DNA of 64,000 bases from IMG/VR virus record IMGVR_UViG_3300028864_000017; one strand, written 5' to 3'. The position numbers and the translations under genes were made by a program. Below the pieces are notes generated by a model. The model saw nothing but the letters and a program-made list of their open reading frames with translations, ran no database searches and was not told where the DNA came from. How positions within the stretch are numbered: position 1 is the first letter of the stretch; each line of letters starts with the position of its first letter. Of the stretch, positions 1-9,611 are shown in pieces. The stretch comes from a virus. Lineage: Duplodnaviria > Caudoviricetes.

Positions 1-1614
1 AATTCTAATTGTGATTATCCTTATAAATTAAACAATTCAATTAATATTGGAGATACTTTTAATTCTACTTGTAATGTGTTTAGTTTAATGCCAACTGAGG
101 TAGAAAAAAACTTAGACTATTTTTATAGAATAGGAAATTTTTTCTCAGGAACTACTGATAATATTGTAAAATATTTAAATCAAACTACTAATATTGAAGT
201 TGATTTTATGGAAATTTATAGTAAAAAATTTAACTTAGAATTATATTTAAATTCTGATATTGACTATTTTGATTATTTTTTCAAAAATAAGTCAAATTTC
301 ACTATTGATGATATTGATTATGTTAAACAAACATTAAAATATTCTACTTTTCAATCTGGTGATAACTATACTGCATCCAATACATTATTTAAAGGATTAA
401 ATATTAATGCGTTAAATGTATCAAATGTATCAAGAGATATCAACGGAAGAATAATAAACATAGTTGCTGATAATAGTAAAAATTTCAATAATTATAAATT
501 TTCAATTATTCTAAATGATGTTTATGAATATTATGTTGATGGATCATATGATTCAACTTATGAAAACGGATTATCTAATAATAAAGTAATAGATAAAACA
601 TCAAATTCCATCCATGTTATTTTAAATGAAAAATTTAAGAATTTTTTAATAGTTATTAATGTTAAAATTCCAATACAAAAAAAATATGTAAATATAAATA
701 ATGTTGCTATTTTTGGAGAAAAATTTGGATTATATAATTCTAAAACATTAGATGGACATAGTTTATCATATCCTGCAACCAATGTTAATGATTTTGATTC
801 ATCTTTAATTGTAGCTTCTAATATATTTGATGCATTTGATGATATGAATACATTATCTGAATTTGATTCTGGTATAACATACTACTATGTTAATTCAATT
901 GGACAATCTGGATATACACATCCAATGAATATCACAGGAGGTACAATGAAAAATGTATCAGATTGGACTAAAAATTATCCACCTTTTATTTTTACATTTA
1001 ATGATCCAAAATTATTAGAAACAAATCAAAACTCTTATATTAAAAGTTCAATAAAAGGACCATCAGTTAATATTTATGATAAATATCAAATTTATTATGA
1101 CAATAATAAAAAACAAAAATATAATGTAACAGATCCTTTAGCAAGATCAATGTATCTAAATAATAATGAAACTATAATGAATACATCAAATGGAGTATCA
1201 TCAACGAATTCAATATATAGATATAACGGATCATACGAACCAATATTCAATAATGTGTCAATATTTAATAATGTATCTTTATATTTATCTGGTGATACTA
1301 TAAAATCATGGAATTCAAATTATAAATTTGATACAACATATGAAAATTTTGGAAGAATAGAAGAGTTGATGTATTCAAAAATAAATCCTATATCATCGCC
1401 ATTAAAATTGAAAAATACTGATACTGATTTATCAATTTACCCAATGGTGGATGAATTCGGTTATGAGTTCAGTTCAAGATTTATATTTAATTCATCTTGG
1501 GATAAAGATTTTTATGTTATTACTAATAGTGATCAAAATATGAATAATAATATATTTTCTAATTATTCTCATGTGGAATATATAATAGATCCTATAAAAA
1601 CTATAAATGATTAA
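1..1614 (+). CDS. Large putative virion structural protein, 5'-truncated by the window edge
   Basis: Frame is open from base 1 into the 76..1614 ORF; N/S/T/Y-rich; lies in a structural-type block. Confidence 0.5.
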   Translation, partial: NSNCDYPYKLNNSINIGDTFNSTCNVFSLMPTEVEKNLDYFYRIGNFFSGTTDNIVKYLNQTTNIEVDFMEIYSKKFNLELYLNSDIDYFDYFFKNKSNFTIDDIDYVKQTLKYSTFQSGDNYTASNTLFKGLNINALNVSNVSRDINGRIINIVADNSKNFNNYKFSIILNDVYEYYVDGSYDSTYENGLSNNKVIDKTSNSIHVILNEKFKNFLIVINVKIPIQKKYVNINNVAIFGEKFGLYNSKTLDGHSLSYPATNVNDFDSSLIVASNIFDAFDDMNTLSEFDSGITYYYVNSIGQSGYTHPMNITGGTMKNVSDWTKNYPPFIFTFNDPKLLETNQNSYIKSSIKGPSVNIYDKYQIYYDNNKKQKYNVTDPLARSMYLNNNETIMNTSNGVSSTNSIYRYNGSYEPIFNNVSIFNNVSLYLSGDTIKSWNSNYKFDTTYENFGRIEELMYSKINPISSPLKLKNTDTDLSIYPMVDEFGYEFSSRFIFNSSWDKDFYVITNSDQNMNNNIFSNYSHVEYIIDPIKTIND

Positions 1615-1940
1615 TGAAAAATATTAAGCAATTCGAATCTTATCTATATGAATCTGAGAGTTATTGGCTTTTACCAACTGATGATAGATTTAAAAAATCT
1701 CTAATTCAAATAAAATGTGATAGAGACAAAATGAAAGAATTTTTGAATAATAGTAGAATACGAAATATGAAATATGTATTTATTTGTTATAAGCCATATT
1801 CACTTAACGAATGGGGTTGGAATCCATATAATGGTAAAATGACTAATGATTCATTTGAATCTGATAATTATCAATTTATGGGCACTGTAAATATAGATTT
1901 AAATGATGTAGAAATAGCAGTAAATAAATTTAACTTATAA
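1614..1940 (+). CDS. Small paralog 1 of tandem array (N-leader + KFNL tag)
   Basis: MKNIKQFE...YWLLPTDDRF...WGWN...AVNKFNL*. Confidence 0.8.
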   Translation: MKNIKQFESYLYESESYWLLPTDDRFKKSLIQIKCDRDKMKEFLNNSRIRNMKYVFICYKPYSLNEWGWNPYNGKMTNDSFESDNYQFMGTVNIDLNDVEIAVNKFNL

Positions 1941-2281
1941 TGAAATATATTAAAAAATTTGAAAAATATAGTCAAAAAATGTATTGGCTAATACCAACAG
2001 ATAAAAGATTTAAAAAATCACTAAAACAATTGAATTTCTCTATTGAAAAAATAAAAGGTTTTTCAAATAGCAAAGAAATAAAAAAACATAATTATATATT
2101 TGTAGGTTATAATCCAAATCTAAATTCAAATAATAATAATAATATTGATGATTATAATTGGGGCTGGAATAGATACAGAGGTAAGCCAACTGAAGATTAT
2201 TATGAAGATAATAATTATAAATTTATGGGTAATATAAACATAGATGAATCTGAATTCGCCGCAAATAAATTTAACTTATAA
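1940..2281 (+). CDS. Small paralog 2 of tandem array (N-leader + KFNL tag)
   Basis: MKYIKKFE...YWLIPTDKRF...WGWN...AANKFNL*. Confidence 0.8.
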   Translation: MKYIKKFEKYSQKMYWLIPTDKRFKKSLKQLNFSIEKIKGFSNSKEIKKHNYIFVGYNPNLNSNNNNNIDDYNWGWNRYRGKPTEDYYEDNNYKFMGNINIDESEFAANKFNL

Positions 2282-2616
2282 TGAAATATATTAAAAAATT
2301 CGAAAATAAAAGAAATTCTAAAAGGAAATATTGGTTACTTCCAACTGATGATAGATTTGTAAAATCATTAAAACAAATAAATTGTACAGATAGAAAAATA
2401 AGGGGATTTTTAGATAGTAGCAGCTTAAAAGAATGTAAATATATATTTGTTGGATATGACAATTCTAATAACAATTTTAATGTGGATGATAAATGGGGTT
2501 GGAATGAATATAAAAATAAATTGACTGATAATTATTATGAAGATAATAATTATAAATTTATGGGTATTGTAAATATAGATGATTCAGAATTAGCAGCAAA
2601 TAAATTTAATATATAA
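2281..2616 (+). CDS. Small paralog 3 of tandem array (N-leader + KFNI tag)
   Basis: MKYIKKFE...YWLLPTDDRF...WGWN...AANKFNI*. Confidence 0.8.
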   Translation: MKYIKKFENKRNSKRKYWLLPTDDRFVKSLKQINCTDRKIRGFLDSSSLKECKYIFVGYDNSNNNFNVDDKWGWNEYKNKLTDNYYEDNNYKFMGIVNIDDSELAANKFNI

Positions 2617-2619
2617 AAT

Positions 2620-2967
2620 ATGAAATATTTAAAATTCTTTGAAGATGATTTATATGATGATACAATATATTGGTTAGTTCCAACAGATAAAAGATTCAAA
2701 AATTCTCTAAAACAAATAAGTTGTCCTAAAGACAGAATTCAAAATTATGTTAAGTATGCATTGGAAAATGTATTAACAATAAAAGATTATAGAAGAAATT
2801 ATATGTATATTGTTTATCATCCAGAATATGAACCTCTTAAAAAATGGGGATATGAGTACTATGATGAAGGTATAAATGACAAATGGATGGATAAAAAAGG
2901 TTATAAATTCGGCGGTATAATAAACATAGATGAATCTGAGTTAGTTGCTAATAAATTCAACATATAA
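2620..2967 (+). CDS. Small paralog 4 of tandem array (N-leader + KFNI tag)
   Basis: MKYLKFFE...YWLVPTDKRF...VANKFNI*. Confidence 0.8.
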   Translation: MKYLKFFEDDLYDDTIYWLVPTDKRFKNSLKQISCPKDRIQNYVKYALENVLTIKDYRRNYMYIVYHPEYEPLKKWGYEYYDEGINDKWMDKKGYKFGGIINIDESELVANKFNI

Positions 2968-2983
2968 AAAAAATTAAAAAATA

Positions 2984-3718
2984 GTGAAAAGTAACTTAAT
3001 ATTAAAAAAATTTTCAGTTAACTCTGTTCCTGGTACAATGAATCAAACAGAATTGAGAACTTTTTTTGGTGGTAAAATAATTTATACAGAAGATAAAATT
3101 TCTATTAATGATGATGCTATAAAATTTAGTCAGATAGTTAATGACACAACCAATGGAAATAATGGTTATCAATACTATGATATTAATACAATACCTGATG
3201 GATGGGAAGTTAATTATAATGAAAATCTATCAGATTTAAAAGAAAATAATCAAATAATATCGCCATATAGTCAAACTGAATCAGATAAGAATAATAATAC
3301 AAGATGGCAGATAAATATAAATGGTTCTCAAATATTAAAAGATTATTTATTTTTTAAAATTAAAGAACAAAGAGTATTTAAAATTATAAGACAAGATGAT
3401 ATATATTCAAATGATATAAATAATGCTATCTATGAATATATAAATAGTAATATTTTTAGTAGATATAGACTAGATACTATACAATTTTACGTTAACTATT
3501 ATAGCATAGCAGATCAAACAATTTATAATAATATCATTTTACAATATAATCCAAAATTTAATCCTGATGTATATAAACCTGAAAATTTGACAAATATAAG
3601 TGTTCAAGGTTATGATCCATATAATTTTAATAATATAACTCTTTTATATAATCAAAATAAAACTTCTAATCAATATAATTTTGAATATTATTTTGATCTT
3701 AATTTCACAAAAATTTAA
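2984..3718 (+). CDS. Hypothetical protein, possibly structural
   Basis: 244-aa ORF, GTG start, co-oriented with neighbours. Confidence 0.55.
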   Translation: MKSNLILKKFSVNSVPGTMNQTELRTFFGGKIIYTEDKISINDDAIKFSQIVNDTTNGNNGYQYYDINTIPDGWEVNYNENLSDLKENNQIISPYSQTESDKNNNTRWQININGSQILKDYLFFKIKEQRVFKIIRQDDIYSNDINNAIYEYINSNIFSRYRLDTIQFYVNYYSIADQTIYNNIILQYNPKFNPDVYKPENLTNISVQGYDPYNFNNITLLYNQNKTSNQYNFEYYFDLNFTKI

Positions 3719-3766
3719 ACTATACTAGTTATTTATAATACATAAAAATAAAATAAAGTAATAACT

Positions 3767-4225
3767 ATGTCTGAAAACGAAGATTTAGATTCACGTCAAA
3801 AGTTACAAAAAAAGATGTTAGAATCTACTAAACAATGGATTGCTATTGTAAATAAATTAACTGGTAGATTAATTCATGATGATTTGAAAAATATTGCAGA
3901 TATTCAAGCTGAAGCAATAAGTCAAAGACAAATGGTAGTTGAAGAAATAAAAAATTATAGTGTTAAAATACATAAACTTGTTCAAAAAACAAAGGTATTA
4001 ACAAAAGCTAAATTTGAATTCTACGCAACATCATATCAAGTTAAAACTTCTGGAACTGAAAAATTGAGATTAATTGAAGCAGATTTATCTGAACATCAAT
4101 GTTTTATAAATGAATTAGATGAACATGTTAATTTTTTAAGAGATACATCTAAAAATTTAGAATCAATAAACTATTCTGTTAAAGCTAAAATTGAACTTGC
4201 AAATATACTAGGAGGATATAAATAA
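3767..4225 (+). CDS. uvsY: UvsY-like recombination mediator protein
   Basis: 152-aa helical protein with FYAT...IEADL...VNFL..T.KNL....YSVK..IE pattern; sits just upstream of uvsW as in T4-like phages. Confidence 0.6.
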   Translation: MSENEDLDSRQKLQKKMLESTKQWIAIVNKLTGRLIHDDLKNIADIQAEAISQRQMVVEEIKNYSVKIHKLVQKTKVLTKAKFEFYATSYQVKTSGTEKLRLIEADLSEHQCFINELDEHVNFLRDTSKNLESINYSVKAKIELANILGGYK

Positions 4226-4464
4226 TGTTAATCAATGAAGAATTAAAAACCTATGGAATTAAATCAGCTTCTATGATATCAGAAGGAATATTTAAACCAA
4301 GAATTATTATAAAACATTTAGATAACTCTGTATATAGTTATTATGTAAATGAAGAAATAATATCTATTGAATTATTAAATGATATAATTAATAAACATAT
4401 TAATACTGTTTGTATAAAAAAAATCAGAATTAATAAATTAAATGAAATAGATGAAAATAGATGA
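4225..4464 (+). CDS. Hypothetical protein with C-terminal RxxKLxxI tag
   Basis: Ends IRINKLNEIDENR; coupled to its neighbours. Confidence 0.6.
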   Translation: MLINEELKTYGIKSASMISEGIFKPRIIIKHLDNSVYSYYVNEEIISIELLNDIINKHINTVCIKKIRINKLNEIDENR

Positions 4465-4636
4465 ATTAGCATATAAAATATTCCTTGATGAATTTTATGC
4501 TAAATTTGATTTCAAATCAAAAATTTATGGGGATTATAATTTTTTTTTAAAAAATAAAAAAAGTTATAAAAAATATTATATAAAAGCAAATTCTATCATA
4601 AGAAAAGAAAAATTAAAGGCACTAAATGAAATTTAA
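4451..4636 (+). CDS. Hypothetical protein with C-terminal RxxKLxxL tag
   Basis: Ends IRKEKLKALNEI. Confidence 0.6.
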   Translation: MKIDELAYKIFLDEFYAKFDFKSKIYGDYNFFLKNKKSYKKYYIKANSIIRKEKLKALNEI

Positions 4637-6182
4637 ACTAAATAAAGATAATTCAAAATTAATTTTAACTGAATCAACCAAAGGAGAATATAATCAACTT
4701 AAACTATATTTAACAAGAAAAGTTAATAATTATCGTTTTATGAAAAGATTCAAACTCGGTGTTTGGAATGGCGATATAAGCTACTTTTCAGACGGAGTAA
4801 TTAACTTTGGCTTATGGGGTGAAATATATAAATGCTGTAAAGAGTATGGTTACAAATTTATAATAGAAAATCAAGACCAATTTCCACGTAATAAAGATAT
4901 ATCAAAAGATAATTTACAAGAATTTATTGAGGATTTTTATAAAGATCATAAAACTCCTGATGGTAAATCATTTATGCCTTATGAGCATCAAGTAGATGCC
5001 ATATATCAATTACTCAAACATCAATATGGGTTAATTGAAATCGCAACTGCTGGAGGTAAATCATTAGTATTTGGTACTCTACTTTTTTATTACTTAAAAA
5101 ACGTAAATCAAAAAGCGAAAGTTCTATTGATTGTTCCAAGTATAAGTTTAGTTACACAATTTTATAATGATTTGAATGACTATAACTACGGTTTCAATAA
5201 TGATAATAAAACTCCATTAGATATTCGTATAGATGAAGTAATGAGTGATAAACCAAGAAAATATAGAGAAGGTGAAAAATTACCTAATGTATATATTGGT
5301 ACTTATCAATCTCTTGAAAAATATCCAAAAGAGTGGTTTTCACAATTTGAAATAGTCGCCTGTGATGAGGCTCATACAGCTAAGGCTGTTACCATTCAAA
5401 CTATTTTAACAAAAACTTTTGGAACTGCTAAATTTAGATTTGGTATGAGTGGTTCTTATCCATCTGATGCTTCAGTTGAAATATTAACTATTCAATCATT
5501 ATTGGGTCCAAAATTATTAAATATTAGTGCAAGAAAGTTAATTGATAAAGGATTAATTTCTGATCTTAAAATAAAAGTTATTATGTTACATCATGATAAT
5601 CATAAGTTTGCAGAAGGAGTTAATAGTATTAAAAAGTCAAATGGACAGCAAGCTTGGACGTTGGAAAGAGAATACATACACAATTCAGCTAAAAGAATGA
5701 CATTCATTAAAAACTTAGTAGATAAATTCAAATCAAATTCACTTATATTATTTCATACTATTGTATATGGTACAGAATTATATAATCACATTAAAGATAA
5801 TTGTATTGGAAAGGATGTATTCTATATGGATGGTGGCACATCTACTGAGAAAAGAGAATATATTAAGAAAAAACTAGAAGATACATCAGGTAATCCTAAA
5901 ATACTCATAGCATCATTCGGTGTATTTTCAACAGGTGTTTCTGTGAAAGCAATTGCTAATATTATCTTTGCAGATTCTTACAAAGAACCTAAAATAATAC
6001 GTCAGGCAATTGGTAGAGGATTGAGATTACATAAAGAAAAGTCAAAACTAATAGTGTTTGATTTGGTTGATATTTTTCATCCTGATTATAAAACAATATT
6101 GTGGAAACAATATGAATCAAGAAGAGATGAAGTATATAAATTACAACAATATCCATATGACGAATTAAAGATTAAACTATAA
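4626..6182 (+). CDS. uvsW: UvsW-like SF2 DNA helicase
   Basis: Walker A ATAGGKS, DEAH box (CDEAH), motif III GMSGS, motif V STGVS, motif VI QAIGRGLR. Confidence 0.9.
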   Translation: MKFKLNKDNSKLILTESTKGEYNQLKLYLTRKVNNYRFMKRFKLGVWNGDISYFSDGVINFGLWGEIYKCCKEYGYKFIIENQDQFPRNKDISKDNLQEFIEDFYKDHKTPDGKSFMPYEHQVDAIYQLLKHQYGLIEIATAGGKSLVFGTLLFYYLKNVNQKAKVLLIVPSISLVTQFYNDLNDYNYGFNNDNKTPLDIRIDEVMSDKPRKYREGEKLPNVYIGTYQSLEKYPKEWFSQFEIVACDEAHTAKAVTIQTILTKTFGTAKFRFGMSGSYPSDASVEILTIQSLLGPKLLNISARKLIDKGLISDLKIKVIMLHHDNHKFAEGVNSIKKSNGQQAWTLEREYIHNSAKRMTFIKNLVDKFKSNSLILFHTIVYGTELYNHIKDNCIGKDVFYMDGGTSTEKREYIKKKLEDTSGNPKILIASFGVFSTGVSVKAIANIIFADSYKEPKIIRQAIGRGLRLHKEKSKLIVFDLVDIFHPDYKTILWKQYESRRDEVYKLQQYPYDELKIKL

Positions 6183-6257
6183 ACTTTATTTAAAAAATTA
6201 TATATATATTACTTATGAAAATTAATTTACATTCTCCGCCAATCATCATCATTAACG

Positions 6258-6479
6258 ATGATGAAAACAATATCTAAAACTCGACTTTGGAGAGTCGAAA
6301 TCGTAAACCGTAATGGTTACGAAGCTCCATCAATATTGATTGAAGCTAAATTAACTGAAGTACACAAAGATGTACAAAAATTAAACTTAAGATTATTAGA
6401 TTTTCCTAACAAATGGAGTTATCATTTGATTGATCTTGAAAAAAGATTTGATGACAGAAAGGGTAAATGGGTAGATTAA
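6258..6479 (+). CDS. Hypothetical protein
   Basis: 73-aa ORF followed by a palindromic terminator. Confidence 0.55.
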   Translation: MMKTISKTRLWRVEIVNRNGYEAPSILIEAKLTEVHKDVQKLNLRLLDFPNKWSYHLIDLEKRFDDRKGKWVD

Positions 6480-6480
6480 A

Positions 6481-6514
6481 ATAAAAAAGACTGTCAATTG
6501 ACAGTCTTTTTTAT
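6481..6514. terminator. Bidirectional intrinsic terminator (perfect 34-bp palindrome)
   Basis: ataaaaaagactgtcaa|ttgacagtcttttttat between convergent genes. Confidence 0.8.
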
Positions 6515-6936
6515 ATATTGAATTTATCAGATGATTTTTTTATTAGGAAGTTATCATAATTTTCTTTTGTTAATTTTTCAATACAATTTGGAATATCTTT
6601 TTCTGTTATATCAAAATAAATATAATTAAGATTAATATCGACATCAAAAATTTCATAAATAAAATCAACAAGATTTTCATTCTCATTTAAATTTGCATGA
6701 TACACATTAATTTTAATAAACTGTAAATTCATAGTTCTCATTTTATATGAATCAATAGTCAATAATCTAAGATTATTGAAATTATTATTTATTGATATAA
6801 ATCTTCCGTTTTTTTCATAATAACATTTTAAATTATAATCAATTGAATTAATAAAATTAACTAATGATTCTGCTAATTTAATAGTAGGACTTGTTTTTTT
6901 ACTAAAAAAATCTAAAAAACTTTCATACATCATCAT
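6511..6936 (-). CDS. Hypothetical protein, KFNI tag; paralog of 6939..7352
   Basis: MMMYESFL...IEKLTKENYD.F..K.SSDKFNI*. Confidence 0.75.
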   Translation of the reverse strand: MMMYESFLDFFSKKTSPTIKLAESLVNFINSIDYNLKCYYEKNGRFISINNNFNNLRLLTIDSYKMRTMNLQFIKINVYHANLNENENLVDFIYEIFDVDINLNYIYFDITEKDIPNCIEKLTKENYDNFLIKKSSDKFNI

Positions 6937-6938
6937 AA

Positions 6939-7352
6939 TTATAAATTAAATTTATTTGCAGTATATTTAATGGAAAAATCATCAAAATTTTCTTTTGTTA
7001 ATTTTTTTATTACATATTTAATATCATCAATTGATACAGTAATATCTAAAATCGTCATATAATCTTTATTAAAAAGATGTAACAAAAATTCAATCACATG
7101 ACCACCTAGTATTGAATAATTCTGATTATAATGAAAATCACAATTGATATTATAGTATGATTTGTGATCACCTTTAACTATTTTAAATACAAATTTGTTC
7201 GAATTTGCATATATCCAAACATCATCATCAAATTTTTTATAACTCCAATTACATTCAGGCTTAACTATATTTAAAAAAATTATAATAGCATCAGCGAATT
7301 TAACTTCAATTGGATTAAATATTGTTTTTAAAAAACTCTCATACATCATCAT
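6939..7352 (-). CDS. Hypothetical protein, KFNL tag; paralog of 6511..6936
   Basis: MMMYESFL...IKKLTKENFD.F..KYTANKFNL*. Confidence 0.75.
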   Translation of the reverse strand: MMMYESFLKTIFNPIEVKFADAIIIFLNIVKPECNWSYKKFDDDVWIYANSNKFVFKIVKGDHKSYYNINCDFHYNQNYSILGGHVIEFLLHLFNKDYMTILDITVSIDDIKYVIKKLTKENFDDFSIKYTANKFNL

Positions 7353-7355
7353 AAT

Positions 7356-8174
7356 TTATAAATTGAATTTTGCCATATCATCGTCCAAATTAAAAACATT
7401 AGTTATCTTACAATAGTATATAGAAGTAAATTTAATTCCTACTATTTCTTTATGCTCTTTTACTTTTGCTGTCATATATACAACATCATTTTTTCTAAGA
7501 GTTCTGCCAATATTATAAGCTATATATCTATTACCATCATCATCTATTAGTTTGCAGGTATATTGTGTTCCAAATGCGCTCTGAGTTGTATTAAAATTAT
7601 AAACAGTTGCTTTTATTTCAATTTTTTTACCAACTTCTCCTATATATTTACTTGTACTTTCTTCTTGGTTTTTCTTTGTCAATGTTTCAAAAAATAATTT
7701 TTTATATTCTTGAATTTCTTTTGCCATATCAGCATTTCCATTAAAATCTTTAGATAACCAAACAACATATTGAGGATCTTCTACAAATACTTCTCCAATT
7801 GTTTGCCCTCTATGTTTTCCAAATGTTAAGATTTTATTTTTTTCTGCTTGAAAAAGTCCAGCATATGTTCCAAATCTATCAATTATTACTTGAATCCTAC
7901 CTGAAGCTTTAGCTGCTTTTTTAACTGCAGTCATAAAGTCAGTACTTAGATTACAAATATAATAACAAGATGCAGATTTTGGATTCCATCTCCAAAATGT
8001 ATAATATACTGAGTATTTACCAGATACATCTATATAAAAACAACCAACATCTTTCATTGAATCTGGATCTTTTCCTTCTGCTAATATTTTTTCAGCTTCT
8101 TCAATTTCTTCATCACTTGGTTGAATGAGTTTAGACATTTTAGCTTCTTTGATGTATTGTAAATAATTTTTCAT
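7356..8174 (-). CDS. Multidomain protein: FGKH-type small domain + C-terminal OB-fold-like domain, tagged at both ends
   Basis: LTFGKHRGQTIGEV...PQYVVWL (exonuclease-X C-terminal/DUF3820-like); YIGEVGKKIEIKATV...DDDGNRY...VKEHKE (OB-like); ends MAKFNL*. Confidence 0.55.
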   Translation of the reverse strand: MKNYLQYIKEAKMSKLIQPSDEEIEEAEKILAEGKDPDSMKDVGCFYIDVSGKYSVYYTFWRWNPKSASCYYICNLSTDFMTAVKKAAKASGRIQVIIDRFGTYAGLFQAEKNKILTFGKHRGQTIGEVFVEDPQYVVWLSKDFNGNADMAKEIQEYKKLFFETLTKKNQEESTSKYIGEVGKKIEIKATVYNFNTTQSAFGTQYTCKLIDDDGNRYIAYNIGRTLRKNDVVYMTAKVKEHKEIVGIKFTSIYYCKITNVFNLDDDMAKFNL

Positions 8175-8178
8175 GTTT

Positions 8179-8949
8179 TTATAAATTAAATTTATTTAAA
8201 TTAAATTCTTTTTCAATATGAGTAATATTCTCTATATTATCATTATGTTCTTTCTGTTTTGATAATAATTTTTCCAATTCTTGATATTTATCAAATCCGA
8301 ATAATTTAGCGTTTTCAATTTCTTTTTTCTGATCAGAATTTAATATTATTCTATTTTTACTAATTATTTTAATTTCACGTAGACTTCCACTACTATATAT
8401 TGATATGTTATATTTATCATTAAGGTTATGTGTATCTATTATGTCATTAATTATGTTTGTTTCTTTTTCTTCTTCTATTTTTTCACTATTATTAAAACTT
8501 CTTGTTCTGAATCTAATGTAATAATATGACTTAAATTTTTCATCATTAACTTCTCTAGAAATTATATCAGACATGTGATTTCCTATTTTGGAAAAATATT
8601 TACCATTTTTCTCGTAAATAATAAATCTATTATAACCTAATTTTCCTGAATTGCAGTCATCATATATATCAATATAATCATTATTAATTATCATATTAAA
8701 CATTTTATGTAATTGAACAGTTACTGTATCTATTATAGGAATAAAGAATGATTCAGATAAATTTGAAAATCCAAAAAATGGCATTTCACATTTCACATTT
8801 AGTTCATTTTCAATATCAGTTTTAAAAATATTAAATATATTATAATCTTCAAAGTGATATGTTATCATTTTTAAATTCGAAAAAAACTCTCTAATATCAG
8901 TTATTTTTTTATTCATATAATTTTCATTGTGATGTTTGATATATTTCAT
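8179..8949 (-). CDS. Hypothetical protein with N-leader and KFNL tag
   Basis: MKYIKHHNE...NLNKFNL*. Confidence 0.7.
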   Translation of the reverse strand: MKYIKHHNENYMNKKITDIREFFSNLKMITYHFEDYNIFNIFKTDIENELNVKCEMPFFGFSNLSESFFIPIIDTVTVQLHKMFNMIINNDYIDIYDDCNSGKLGYNRFIIYEKNGKYFSKIGNHMSDIISREVNDEKFKSYYYIRFRTRSFNNSEKIEEEKETNIINDIIDTHNLNDKYNISIYSSGSLREIKIISKNRIILNSDQKKEIENAKLFGFDKYQELEKLLSKQKEHNDNIENITHIEKEFNLNKFNL

Positions 8950-8985
8950 AATAAGAGAACGATAATATGTTTTTATTAAACATCA

Positions 8986-8993
8986 CAAAGGTA
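8986..8993 (-). promoter_or_regulatory. Bacteroidota-type -7 element TACCTTTG
   Basis: Matches TAnnTTTG, 37 nt upstream of the 8949 start; no clear -33 box. Confidence 0.4.
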
Positions 8994-9016
8994 CTAAAAT
9001 CTTTGATATTTAATCT

Positions 9017-9026
9017 TATATATTAA
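9017..9026 (-). promoter_or_regulatory. Putative phage late promoter TTAATATATA
   Basis: Same motif precedes many structural or leader-tagged genes. Confidence 0.35.
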
Positions 9027-9094
9027 AAAAAAATAAACAAAAAAAAATAATATTAATACAATTTATTAATAACAAAAAAAAAATTCGATATTAT

Positions 9095-9580
9095 ATGATT
9101 ATTACACTAACAATTGATGATATTTTTAGACGTTGCTTATGGTCAGACTACAAGCGATTTGTTCTTAAAGATAAAAATGAGCAAGAAATACAAGCAATTG
9201 TAAAAGAAAATAAACCAATTGTCATTTCAGAGAATGATGCATATGCAATAGGACTTCTTAAAACAATAGAAACAGATAATTTAGTACATAGATTTACTGT
9301 ACATATGAAAGATATGATAAGTATAAAATCAAATATATTTGATAAAAATGTTTATTTATCAGTTAGAATAGTAGAAAATGAATTAGAAAGTTTTAAGAAA
9401 AGATTTCCTGATTATTGGGATTCAGATCCAGTATATACTGAATCAATAGTAGATTTGAATAATTTCATTTGTAATTTGCAACAGCAGATTAAAACATTTG
9501 AAGCTTATGAATTTAAAATTAAAGATAAAAAAATTCGATATTATTTATCTAAAGATATTAAAAAAATGATTGAAAATTAA
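9095..9580 (+). CDS. Hypothetical protein
   Basis: 161-aa ORF followed by a terminator. Confidence 0.65.
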   Translation: MIITLTIDDIFRRCLWSDYKRFVLKDKNEQEIQAIVKENKPIVISENDAYAIGLLKTIETDNLVHRFTVHMKDMISIKSNIFDKNVYLSVRIVENELESFKKRFPDYWDSDPVYTESIVDLNNFICNLQQQIKTFEAYEFKIKDKKIRYYLSKDIKKMIEN

Positions 9581-9584
9581 AATG

Positions 9585-9610
9585 AAAAGAACCTTAATTA
9601 AGGTTCTTTT
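9585..9610. terminator. Bidirectional terminator (perfect 26-bp palindrome)
   Basis: aaaagaaccttaa|ttaaggttctttt with a T-tract, between convergent genes. Confidence 0.8.
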
Positions 9611-9611
9611 T

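Noticed and set aside
2600-2616. KFNI-stop codons (aaatttaatatataa) are identical to the late-promoter-like sequence at 39662-39676, suggesting the tag is a DNA element
   Set aside because: Other copies (aacttgtga, aacttgtaa, ttcaattta) destroy the ATATATA while keeping the peptide, and the next ATG is too close for a transcription start; protein-level selection fits better
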